Part shown: one piece after another, positions 1 through 9,966 of the stretch
Layout of the letters: each line of letters begins with the position of its first letter
Position numbering within the stretch: the stretch's first letter is position 1
Assembly: GCA_030606485.1 (NCBI GenBank)
Contig: JAUWGH010000003.1
Location: 436,548-468,547, forward strand
Direction: 5' to 3'
Length of the DNA stretch: 32,000 bases
Origin: Promethearchaeota archaeon
Lineage (GTDB): Archaea; Asgardarchaeota; Lokiarchaeia; Sigyniarchaeales; SOKP01
Notes under the pieces: generated by a model
Databases searched by the model: none
Told to the model about the DNA's origin: nothing
What the model saw: the letters and a program-made list of their open reading frames with translations, nothing else
Translations under genes and position numbers: made by a program

Positions 1-1
1 G

Positions 2-2365
2 AATCTTTTGAGTACATATTACCCTGGAAATGGAGAATCATTTAATAGAATTTTTGGATTGGGTTATATTCGAAAAACCGTGACAGGAAATGGATATGCT
101 GCCGATTATATTGTTTTTGCGCCATTTGGTAATGATCCAATATTGATCTCCCAAGTTACAATAACAAATAATCTTGATGTCCCAACTGATCTACGCTGGA
201 TTGAATTTTGGGGTTGTCATATGTATCAATTTTCATTAAAGGCATATACAACAACCATTTCGAAAAAAAGTAAAAAGCATCCAAGAGAGATTCGTCGAGA
301 ATTCAGTGAGCAGTTTAAACACAGATTTACAATAATAAACGATGGTGCGGGACTTCAAGAAGAAAGATTTATTAATAATTTAAACAAAGCTAATAAGGCT
401 CCTTACCTCGAACCAGTAGATGAAGATATTAATCCACCTATGACTTTTCTTGTTTCTTTAGATAACAAGCCAGATGGTATGAGTACTAATAGCTCGGAAT
501 TTTTTGGTAAAGGTGGAGTCGAATCACCAGATGGACTTAAAGAGAATTTAACTTCAAAAATTAATACTTCTGGTACTGAAAGCGCTATGTTTCTTGAACA
601 TAAGATACATTTAGAACCTGGTGCGAGACAAACTTTATATTTTGCTTATGGGTACCTCCCAGAAGGATTCAAACTCAATTCTCTTTTAAACAAATATAAA
701 AGTAATTTATCCCAATTATGGGCAAAATCATGTGAAAGCTGGAAAAAAAATAGAATAGAATTAATTATCCCTGATGAACCATGGGTAGATCGTGAACTCA
801 TGTGGCATAATTACTATTTACGAGGTGCTATGACATACGATAGTTTTTTTCAAGAACATATACTTTCTCAAGGGCACGTTTATCAATATATTATTGGATT
901 TCAAGGTGCTGCTCGTGATCCCCTACAACATGCACTACCTTTCATCTATAGCAATTCAGAAATTGTTAAAAATGTTATCAGGTACACCTTAAAAACGGTA
1001 CGTAGGAGTGGTAAAATACCCTATGGAATCTGTGGTTGTGGAAAAATAATGCCCGATCTTTTTAAACCTAGTGATCTAGAAATGTGGCTACTATGGTTGG
1101 TTAGTGAATATATTCTTGCGACACGGGATATAAATTTTCTTGAGGAAGAAATTCCTACATATCCTATTTATGGCCCTAAAGCAGATAAAGTTAAAGTACG
1201 AGATTTACTGGTACGATGTTACAAACATTTTGTTGATAAAACAGGAACTGGTCATTATGGGCTTCAACGTTTATCTAATGGTGATTGGAACGATGCTGTT
1301 GTTGTTGGTCACATCCCCCCTGAAAAACATAGAGAGATTCAAAAACATGGCGAAAGTGTATTAAATGCTGCCATGGCAGTTTTCACTCTTAGAATATATG
1401 CTGAAATGCTGAATTTTATAGGTGACAAAGAGATGGCAGAAAAAGCACTTAAGTATTCTGATGCTCAACGTGAGGCAGTTCGCTCTCAATGGGCTGGAAA
1501 ATGGTTTAAACGAGCATGGCTCACAGAAGAAATTGGATGGATTGGGGAAGATCAAATGTGGCTGGAACCTCAACCTTGGGCTATTATTGGAGGAGCCATA
1601 AACCAAGAACGGAGAGAGCTTTTAGTTCATTCAATTGATGAATTAGTACGACAACCTTCAAAGATTGGTGCTAGACTCCATAGTAAAGGGCTTGAAGGAG
1701 TTGGAGATAAAGGACAGGGAGTAAATGGTGGAGTATGGGCGTCGATAAATGGTACATTGATATGGGCTTTATCATTAGTGGATGGAGATATGGCATGGGA
1801 TGAATGGAAAAAAAATACACTTGCCATTCATGCAGAAAGCTACCCTGAAGTGTGGTATGGAATATGGAGTGGCCCTGATACATATAATTCAAATTTATCT
1901 AAGTATCCGGGTCAAACTGTTTTTGAAGAGGCTCTAATCACTAAAGATTCAAAAAAAGATGAGGAGGAAATTGTTTGGAGTGTAGGATTGGGTTGGACTG
2001 ATTTCCCAGTATTTAATTTACATCCTCATGCTTGGCCATTATATAGTGTAACTAAATTGATTGGTATACAATTTACCAAGGAAGGTTTAGAATTAACACC
2101 GACCTTACCTAAGGACGAATATAAATTCTCATCACCACTTTTAGGATTCGAGAAATCAAAAGAAGGATACTCAGGATGGTACTCACCTAATGTTGCTGGA
2201 ACTTGGAGAATTAGCTTGAAACTTAATAAAGATGAATTAAAGATTTATAATACCATAAAGATTAATAGAAAAGAGGAGAAAATTGTTATTGAGGGGAATA
2301 GAATTGTATGGAGTGGTAAGAGTACTCCAGATAAACCATTACGATGGATACTTAAGAAGGGGTAA
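2..2365 (+). CDS. GH94/GT36-like glycoside phosphorylase or hydrolase with an (alpha/alpha)6 catalytic domain; 5'-truncated by the window edge
   Basis: The frame is open from base 2 (aat ctt ttg...), so the listed TTG at 8 is probably not the true start. GDWND resembles the catalytic Asp motif of GH94 phosphorylases, and ARDPLQH resembles the GH94 RDxxQD segment. Trp-rich C-terminal half. Confidence 0.6.
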   Translation, partial: NLLSTYYPGNGESFNRIFGLGYIRKTVTGNGYAADYIVFAPFGNDPILISQVTITNNLDVPTDLRWIEFWGCHMYQFSLKAYTTTISKKSKKHPREIRREFSEQFKHRFTIINDGAGLQEERFINNLNKANKAPYLEPVDEDINPPMTFLVSLDNKPDGMSTNSSEFFGKGGVESPDGLKENLTSKINTSGTESAMFLEHKIHLEPGARQTLYFAYGYLPEGFKLNSLLNKYKSNLSQLWAKSCESWKKNRIELIIPDEPWVDRELMWHNYYLRGAMTYDSFFQEHILSQGHVYQYIIGFQGAARDPLQHALPFIYSNSEIVKNVIRYTLKTVRRSGKIPYGICGCGKIMPDLFKPSDLEMWLLWLVSEYILATRDINFLEEEIPTYPIYGPKADKVKVRDLLVRCYKHFVDKTGTGHYGLQRLSNGDWNDAVVVGHIPPEKHREIQKHGESVLNAAMAVFTLRIYAEMLNFIGDKEMAEKALKYSDAQREAVRSQWAGKWFKRAWLTEEIGWIGEDQMWLEPQPWAIIGGAINQERRELLVHSIDELVRQPSKIGARLHSKGLEGVGDKGQGVNGGVWASINGTLIWALSLVDGDMAWDEWKKNTLAIHAESYPEVWYGIWSGPDTYNSNLSKYPGQTVFEEALITKDSKKDEEEIVWSVGLGWTDFPVFNLHPHAWPLYSVTKLIGIQFTKEGLELTPTLPKDEYKFSSPLLGFEKSKEGYSGWYSPNVAGTWRISLKLNKDELKIYNTIKINRKEEKIVIEGNRIVWSGKSTPDKPLRWILKKG

Positions 2366-2658
2366 AGAAATTAAAAAATATTAAATCCTTGAAAACTGAA
2401 TTTTATCAACACAGGATTTGTTACAAGAAGTAAGGGTAAATGAATATGATTTTTATTAAATTTTTAATAAATAAAGTATAATAATTTTTTCAATCCAGAC
2501 AATGGAAATATGAAATTAAAAGTGATAATCTTTCAAAGATAGACAATGTTTTATTCATTCGAGTATAAATATAAATATATTAAAAATTTTAGATTGAAAG
2601 AAGTTCATTTTTAAAAATTAGATATAAAAAAAATTACTTTTTTACGATAAAAAGTATC

Positions 2659-4260
2659 ATGCAAGTATGTTTAACAGCAGATGAAACAAATATTTTGAGT
2701 TCTAAAATTGGATTTTTCATTCCTGGTTTTATTCCCTCCGTCCCAAGGCGCCAGATTCCTTTGCCACTACGATATCCCGTTGAAAAGTTTCTTTTTAAAA
2801 AAATGGATACTAAGCCGCAGTACAATGTAGTCCAAGCTCCTTTAGGATTGAGGAGAGTTGAAGATGCTTTATTAAATCATGGAATTTCCTGTAAAGTCAT
2901 CTCTCCTCAAAAAATCGGTAAGCTTTCAGAAGAAGTAGATGTTTTTGGTGTGTCATCCATGGATCCACTCGGATTAGGTCCTGTGAGTGCTACATTCCGT
3001 GGATTATTAAATTTTGATAACAATTTCGAAGAGAATAAACCTTTTACTGAATTAAAATTTTTAGAATTAATTAAAAAAATTAAACAATATGAGAAACCCA
3101 TAGTTGTTGGGGGATCTGGAGCGGGACAATTCGAATTGATGCCAGAAAAGCAAGCGTCATTGGGAATTGATTATGTTATCACGGGTGAAGCTGAACTCAT
3201 TGCACCTGTGGTTTTTAAAAGGATTATTAATCAGAAGCATGTGCCTAAAATTATTCGGGCGAGAATATTACGAAACCCTGAATCTCAAGTTCCTCTCCTC
3301 TCCAAACCCACTTATCAAGGCATTATTGAAATTTCTCGAGGTTGCGATAGACATTGTAAATTCTGTGATCCAGCTATCCGAAAATTTCATTGGTTTTCAA
3401 AAAATCGGATTGTTATAGAGGCGAAAAGAACTGCGCTAGAGAATAATGGTTACATTCGGTTATTAGGCGAGGATATTTTACGTTATGGAAATAAAATTCA
3501 TGATTGGATTCCTTGCGGGAAATTAATTGAATTAATTAGAGATATTAAAAAAATTAAAACTGTTTCTAAAATCGGTCTCTCTCATGCTTGTTTATCAAGT
3601 GCATTAGCAAATCCCGAGCAAATTGAAATGTTGCGTGAAGAGTTAGATCTTTCTCCCGATAATTTTACCTCTCTACAGGTGGGTATTGAAACTGGGTCAG
3701 TTCAGAAAATAAAGGAATATATGCCGCTAAAAGCTGCCCCCTTCGAGCCTGATGATTGGCATGAGGTGGTCTTAGATGGCTGGAAATTATTATGTAAAAA
3801 TTATATATATCCAGCAGGAACAATTATAATTGGGTTGGATGATTCTGAAGAAGATTTAGAAGATACTATTCATTTGATACAAAAAGTGAGTAGATATCCT
3901 GGTATGTTCTTTCCCCTGTTTTTTATGTCGCTGGGACGCTTAAAAAACAAAAAGATTTCATATCGAACGAACTGGTTTTCCATGCCCAATAAAATGCGAG
4001 AACTCTATTTAATTAGTCTAAAGCAACTTTTACGACAAACAGAACATATAGACGGACTACTTTTTGGAAGAGAAATACATCACAGGATTCTTAATCAAAT
4101 TTTAATCGTCTATTTTCAAGGAATATGTGAAATTTTAGAAGATCAAATTAAAACTAATGAAATCCGTAATTTGGCTTCCTCGGTAAAGGTTGAATTTAGG
4201 AAAACCTTATATTATTTAAGAGATAAAATCCAATCCTCCATCTTATCTTATGGGTTTTAA
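2659..4260 (+). CDS. Radical SAM protein with a B12-binding-like N-terminal domain, of the GDGT ring synthase (Grs)/Gms/Gmm-like family
   Basis: CxxxCxxC motif (RGCDRHCKFC, 3343-3366). Motifs LTADE, APLGLRRVE, DPLGLGPVS, VVGGSG, GEAE, VGIETGS, KAAPFEPDDW and NYIYP match my recollection of Sulfolobus GrsA/B. No SPASM cysteine cluster. Confidence 0.75.
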   Translation: MQVCLTADETNILSSKIGFFIPGFIPSVPRRQIPLPLRYPVEKFLFKKMDTKPQYNVVQAPLGLRRVEDALLNHGISCKVISPQKIGKLSEEVDVFGVSSMDPLGLGPVSATFRGLLNFDNNFEENKPFTELKFLELIKKIKQYEKPIVVGGSGAGQFELMPEKQASLGIDYVITGEAELIAPVVFKRIINQKHVPKIIRARILRNPESQVPLLSKPTYQGIIEISRGCDRHCKFCDPAIRKFHWFSKNRIVIEAKRTALENNGYIRLLGEDILRYGNKIHDWIPCGKLIELIRDIKKIKTVSKIGLSHACLSSALANPEQIEMLREELDLSPDNFTSLQVGIETGSVQKIKEYMPLKAAPFEPDDWHEVVLDGWKLLCKNYIYPAGTIIIGLDDSEEDLEDTIHLIQKVSRYPGMFFPLFFMSLGRLKNKKISYRTNWFSMPNKMRELYLISLKQLLRQTEHIDGLLFGREIHHRILNQILIVYFQGICEILEDQIKTNEIRNLASSVKVEFRKTLYYLRDKIQSSILSYGF

Positions 4261-4403
4261 TGGAATTCTTTTCCCCTCACATATTTTTTAATTATTATTT
4301 TATGTTTTCATTTCCAGAAAATTTAATTATATATATTTATTTATTAAATTATCTGTTCTAGCTAATAGAATTCTTATAAAAATACAACAAGATTGATTAA
4401 TTT

Positions 4404-5837
4404 ATGAAAATCTTTTTAATTATTTTCGATACTTTAAGAAAAGACCATACGGGAAAAACTTATGGTAATTCTTGGATAAAAACTCCAAACTTTGATAATT
4501 TTGCCAAGGATTCAATTGTCTTTGATAAGGCATATCCAGAATCTTTAGCTACGATTCAAGTGCGTAGAGCAATACATACTGGAATACGAACTTTTCCTTT
4601 TAATCATAAAAAGCCGGCTCTTCGGACAGATGACATAGTTAAAATCCTAGGATGGGACCCCATACCTCCACACCAGACTCATTTAGCAGAATATTTAAAA
4701 AAAGATCTATTTATTACTTCATTTATAACGAGTACTTACCATCAATTTAAACCTAATATGAATTTTCACCTTGGATTTGATCAATGGAATTGGATTAGAG
4801 GTCATGAGAATGATAAATTTAGAGCGCGGTTAAGAGAAGGCAATTTTGAACTGAATCGAAAAGTAAAAGAACATATTTGCAAACATCTTGGAGGCAGGAT
4901 GCGACAAAGTTCTATATTAAAAAAATATTTTAGTAATGTGCAGGATAGGAAAGACAAGAATGATTATTTTCCTGCACAAACTTTTAAACAAGCTATTGAA
5001 TTTATTAGAGATACAAAAGATTCAAAAAAAGTCCTATGTGTTATCGATGAGTTTGATCCCCACGAGCCTTGGGACCCTCCTCAGAAATATCTTAACTTAT
5101 ACGTAGATAAGAATTATAATGGAAAAAAAGTAATCCAACCTGCATATAGTGCAAATTTAAATTATATTACCGATGACGAATTGAAATATATGAGAGCTTG
5201 CTATGCGGGTGAGGTTTCTATGTGTGATTATTGGTTTGGATATTTTATTAAAGAATTAAAAAATATGGAATTGTATGAAGATTCTTTAATTATTTTAATT
5301 AGCGATCACGGGCATAGTATAGGTGAGCATAACGCAACAGGTAAAATTCCGATGTTTTTATATCCTGAACTTGTAGATATCCCTTTTATGATCAAACCTC
5401 CTGGTGGCTTAATTGGTCCAAAAAGAATTAAGAAGTCTTACGTTTATAATCATGATATTTTACCAACAATTTTCGGATTTTTAGGGAAAGATAAGCTGGA
5501 TGCTTTTGAGGGTATTGATCTTTCATTATTTCATAAGGAAAATGATCATGAAATTGAAAATCGAGATTATATAACATGCGGATTTAGTGTATATACACTA
5601 TATAAAGATGATCACTATGCATTAATCACATCTAATGATAAATCTGACCAAAAACTATTTGATTTATCAAAAGACCCAGAATGGAATGACAATATAGCAA
5701 AAGATAATTCTGATATTTGCAACGAACTTTTTGAAATAATTAATAAAGACGCAAAAGGTGAACTTTTTTTAGAAATAAAATTAAGATTAGAGGACTTAAA
5801 AGATTGGTATGGGCAAAAAAAAATTTCTGACAATTAA
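4404..5837 (+). CDS. Sulfatase-fold (alkaline phosphatase superfamily) hydrolase with Thr at the nucleophile position
   Basis: N-terminal IIFDTLRKDH, TPNFD, AYPESLATIQVRRAIHTG, DPHEPWDPP and SDHG motifs. The canonical C/S-x-P-x-R is replaced by T-I-Q-V-R. Confidence 0.8.
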   Translation: MKIFLIIFDTLRKDHTGKTYGNSWIKTPNFDNFAKDSIVFDKAYPESLATIQVRRAIHTGIRTFPFNHKKPALRTDDIVKILGWDPIPPHQTHLAEYLKKDLFITSFITSTYHQFKPNMNFHLGFDQWNWIRGHENDKFRARLREGNFELNRKVKEHICKHLGGRMRQSSILKKYFSNVQDRKDKNDYFPAQTFKQAIEFIRDTKDSKKVLCVIDEFDPHEPWDPPQKYLNLYVDKNYNGKKVIQPAYSANLNYITDDELKYMRACYAGEVSMCDYWFGYFIKELKNMELYEDSLIILISDHGHSIGEHNATGKIPMFLYPELVDIPFMIKPPGGLIGPKRIKKSYVYNHDILPTIFGFLGKDKLDAFEGIDLSLFHKENDHEIENRDYITCGFSVYTLYKDDHYALITSNDKSDQKLFDLSKDPEWNDNIAKDNSDICNELFEIINKDAKGELFLEIKLRLEDLKDWYGQKKISDN

Positions 5838-5850
5838 CCTTTACATAATT

Positions 5851-7065
5851 TCATTGAAGATATGTTCCAAGTTTAAAAAATTTTTTCAGGCCCCATCTAT
5901 AGGATCTTATCCCTTGTGTTATATCTATTAATTTGTTTCTCATTAATTTTAACATTAGATGTGTGGGATAATAATTAAAAAAGGTATTTATTGGATTAAA
6001 AATAAGCCATCTCAACTTCATTGCATATTTTAACTCCGAATAAATATTCTTACTTAATAGACGTAAATAGAGGATGGCAGAATTTTTTAAATTTTTTAAA
6101 TCTTTTAAATTTTTTAAAATTGCTAAAGACGCATACTCAGCGGTTTTTTGAGTGTAATAAATTCCTTCTCCCCAAAACGGGTCAGCAATACCAGCTGCAT
6201 CACCTATTAAGATTATTTTATTTTTATATATAGGGGTAACGTGAAAATTTCCATAAGGAATGGGATGTCCTGATACTCTAGAGACGACATCGGGATTTAT
6301 TTTCAAAGCAGTTATGAATCTATTTAATGTTCTTTTGAAAAGACCTTTATTTTTTCTATTGAGGCCCCCTACACCCACAATTACCTGATCTTTGTTTGGA
6401 AATAACCAATTATATCCATATCTTAAAAATCCAAATGAAATCATAGGATATTTAAAAAGGCCTTTTTCTAAATTTTTTCTGTCAATAAAACATTCAAGCC
6501 CTGTAGCTAAATTATAATTCCATTTGTCTTTACTGATTATTCCATTACGTATAAATTCTTGCTTTACTATACTATTAGCCCCATCAGCACCGATGATTAA
6601 TTTTGTTTTAAATTTATCACCTTTCGACAGATTAATTTCACAAGTGTCTAAATTTACTTTCTTAACTTCATTACCTTCAATTACATCTACACCTGCTTCC
6701 TTTGCTTTATTCAAGAGGAAATTATCATACACTCGCCTATCCACTAAGTAAAAAGGAAACTTAGAAATATTTATTGACATTATTCTTTTTACTTTATAAT
6801 TAATTTCAAAACGATTTGTGTGGTAATTTATAATTTTTTTATCCAGAAGAGTTTCCGTCGTTTCTTTATATAACCTATTTAACAGGTCAAGTGTTTTAAA
6901 AGTAATTATGCCTCCACATAGCTTTTGTCGTGGAAAAATATCCTTATCAATTATTTGTACATTAAGTCCGAGCTTACTCAATAAATAACCCGCAGTAGAT
7001 CCACCTGGACCTCCACCAATTATACTAACATCATAATCAAAATTTTGTTGCGACATTAAACTCAA
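5851..7065 (-). CDS. Geranylgeranyl reductase family FAD-dependent oxidoreductase
   Basis: GGGPGG FAD-binding motif, FPRQKLCGG, GADGANS, YGYNWLFP (YxWxFP) and GDAAGIADPFWGEGI. The real start may be the ATG three codons downstream (7056). Confidence 0.85.
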   Translation of the reverse strand: MSLMSQQNFDYDVSIIGGGPGGSTAGYLLSKLGLNVQIIDKDIFPRQKLCGGIITFKTLDLLNRLYKETTETLLDKKIINYHTNRFEINYKVKRIMSINISKFPFYLVDRRVYDNFLLNKAKEAGVDVIEGNEVKKVNLDTCEINLSKGDKFKTKLIIGADGANSIVKQEFIRNGIISKDKWNYNLATGLECFIDRKNLEKGLFKYPMISFGFLRYGYNWLFPNKDQVIVGVGGLNRKNKGLFKRTLNRFITALKINPDVVSRVSGHPIPYGNFHVTPIYKNKIILIGDAAGIADPFWGEGIYYTQKTAEYASLAILKNLKDLKNLKNSAILYLRLLSKNIYSELKYAMKLRWLIFNPINTFFNYYPTHLMLKLMRNKLIDITQGIRSYRWGLKKFFKLGTYLQ

Positions 7066-7243
7066 CTATTTTTAAGATACGACTTTTATTCCTTAATCTG
7101 GAAAGAATTAATATGATCATTAATTAACCAGTTTATCTATATATAATTTTATTTTTATTAATTCTTACTAATTTGACTTTTATTTGTTTTCATTCAAAAT
7201 AATTTGGGATTACTTGATTCTTTTAAAAAAAAGTTAAATGAAT

Positions 7244-9902
7244 TTAATTTCTAATTAAATCAAATAAAGATCGAATTCTTATGGAATCCCGAATTTCTTG
7301 TTTTGAAAGCTTTTTCTCATGATTAATAGGTTTAATGTTACATAACGTAATTATTCTTGATTCATTTGATTCCAGAGAGAAAAAATTATCAGAAGCTATG
7401 AAATCCACTAAATCAGAATCTATGAATACATAAAAAGCAATGTTTTTGTTTTGAATTTTTAATTTTGCATTACTTTCACTTAAAGAAACATCTTCAAACT
7501 TATATGAAAGCTCAGGATCGAGCAGATTTAACTTTTTTGGAGCATCAAACAATCGAAATCCATGAGATATTATCTTTTCTCCATTTTGTATATGTTTTAA
7601 TTCGAAAAAAACCACATTATTTTGTCTCTTTATCTCGTCTCTATTTATTTCGCTCACAGTAATAGTTCCTACTTTTAATGAAGTGCATGGTAAAATTTCT
7701 GAATTAAATGAACCATGCTTTAGTATCATTACAGTAGAATTCATAATTTTCCAATTTAATATAAACTCACAAGAAGTTCTTAAATCATTAGTTATCCAGA
7801 ACTCGACAGATTCTTTATCTTCTTTAACGCTAGGAAAAACTGGTTGATAAAACCTTTTACCAAAATAATGAAGAGCTTTCCATCGAATAAAGTAATCTAT
7901 CGAGCTCCACGACGCTACAGGCCAGCAATCATTTAATTGCCAATAGAGAGATCCCATGCAATGAAATTCGTTACGATTGCGACGCCAATGTTCTACTCCA
8001 TATTCGATTGCCTCTGCTTGGGTGATTTGAGATAAAATGATTTGATTTTCAAACTTTTTAGGGATTATAAACCGTTTCTTCATATACTTTAGGATTTTCT
8101 TATTTCCGGCTGCATTTTTCTGATGATTTTCCATAATTGGCGAGAATAAATCAAATTGGTCAGATGGGCAAAAAGAAGATATAGTCTTCATTGATGGAAA
8201 TGATTCAAATCCAAATTCTGACATAAATCTTGAATTAAATTTACGATAAGCAGAAAAACGTTTTCCTGCATGCCATACCATCCAATAATGTGAATCACCT
8301 CTATCAGGAGAATTTGGTTTTAATAAATCTCTACCCCCCTCTCTAAAAATTCCTCCATTGGAAGGTGAACTAGGCCAATAATTATGCTGAGGATCATACT
8401 CATTAATCAATTCCAGCAGAAGTTTTTCAAATAATTCTATATAATCTTTCTTATATTGACGTTGTTTGTTTGAATCTGATTTAAAAATATTCGATAAATA
8501 TAACTCCATCAACCATTCATTTTCATTATTTCCACACCAAAAAGCCAAACTGGCATGATTACGTAGACGTTTGATATTTTGTATTGCTTCTTCTTTAAAG
8601 TTATCAAGAAATTCGGAAGTATAGGGATAAAGAGCACATGCAAATGGAAAATCCTGCCAGACCAATAGTCCCAATTCATCACAAAGATCATAAAAAAGAT
8701 CATCCTCATAGATCCCACCACCCCAAACACGTATCATGTTCATATTTGCCATTTTTGCACTTTTCAAATTAGCTGAGTAAAGCCCTAATCGTTTTCCCCG
8801 GGGAATGAAACTGTCGACTGGAATCCAATTTGCACCCTTTGCAAATATAGGCACTCCATTAAGTGAAAAATAAAAGGTCTCCCCCCATCTATCTTCATTT
8901 CGAACAAGACGGATTTCACGGATTCCAATTTTGTGCGTTTGTGAATCTATAATAACATTATTTTTTTTTATAAATACTTGGATTCCATAAAGATGAGAGT
9001 TTCCAAGCTCATAGATCCACCATAACTGGGGATTTTTAATATTTATCTCAAGAGAAACTGATTTATTCTTAATCTCAACTTCTTGAGATATTTCCTCCCC
9101 ATCAGGAGATATTAAAATTACATTCGCAAAATATCCATTAACTTCAGTATTTACACCTTGGTTAGGATCCTTTAAAAAAATGCTTGTATCCAATTCTATT
9201 TGAATCTGTAAATTAACTAATTCAACATTAATATCCTCGATATCTTTTGGATTTGCAATTTTTAGTGGATCCTTATTGTATGTAAAATTTTGTATAATAT
9301 AAACGGAATCGATCCTAATTTTATCATATCCAATTAACTCAATAGGTTGCCATATTCCCATATCTGGCAGCTTTGGTCCCCAATCCCAACCAAAAGAATA
9401 TTGTGCTTTTCTAAGAAATGGAACTCCAGGAATAGCATCAGGAACCTCTTTTAATCGATGACCATATTTTTCAATTTCTTCACGAGCTCTCTGTGTTGGA
9501 CTATGAATAATAACCTTTATTTTGTTTCCAGAGTTTTTTATATAATTTTTCACATCAAATTCATAACTACGGAACATATTATTCGTTGTTCCAATGATAT
9601 TTATCATTAAGTTCAATTTCCGAAATTGTATCAATCCCATTAAATCGGAGAATAATCTTTTCATGCTTTAATATATCATCAAGTACATCGAAAGTAGTTT
9701 CATACTGCCAATCTGATTCATATACCCAAGACATTTCATGCTCATGCATCCCATAAAATGGATCTACAATAACATTATTTTCAAATAAAGCTTCATACAC
9801 CGAACCTGGTACTAAAGCAGGGATATTGATCGAACTTGCTTCATTTTTTAGATTCCATTCACCATTTAAAGAAATTTTTCCTATTTTTTTCATCGTTGTC
9901 AT
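7244..9902 (-). pseudogene. GH2 beta-mannosidase interrupted by a single +1 frameshift at about 9599-9602 (pseudogene, sequencing error or recoding)
   Basis: ORF 9579..9902 encodes the N-terminus (SLNGEW, VPGSV, DPFYG, LRFNGIDT). ORF 7244..9664 continues with IIGTTNNMFRSYEFDV, AQYSFGWDWGP, GANWIP, RVWGGG, WCGNNE, GDSHYW, SEFG and YWQLNDCWP. Removing one base in gat-aaa-t-atc joins them as LNDKIIGTTNNMF. Confidence 0.9.
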
Positions 9903-9966
9903 CTTTTTTTGGGAGATATAATTTAAAAAAAAAACATATCTTGTAAATTATTTATAAATAATCAAA

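Noticed and set aside
2659-5837. Radical SAM gene next to a sulfatase, read as an anaerobic sulfatase maturase (anSME) pair
   Set aside because: The radical SAM protein has no SPASM Cys cluster and resembles Grs-family enzymes. The hydrolase has Thr, not a modifiable Cys or Ser.
9947-9962. Perfect 16-bp palindrome ATTATTTATAAATAAT as an operator
   Set aside because: Adequately explained as the TTTATAAA TATA box of the mannosidase in an AT-rich context; the same core recurs at other promoters.
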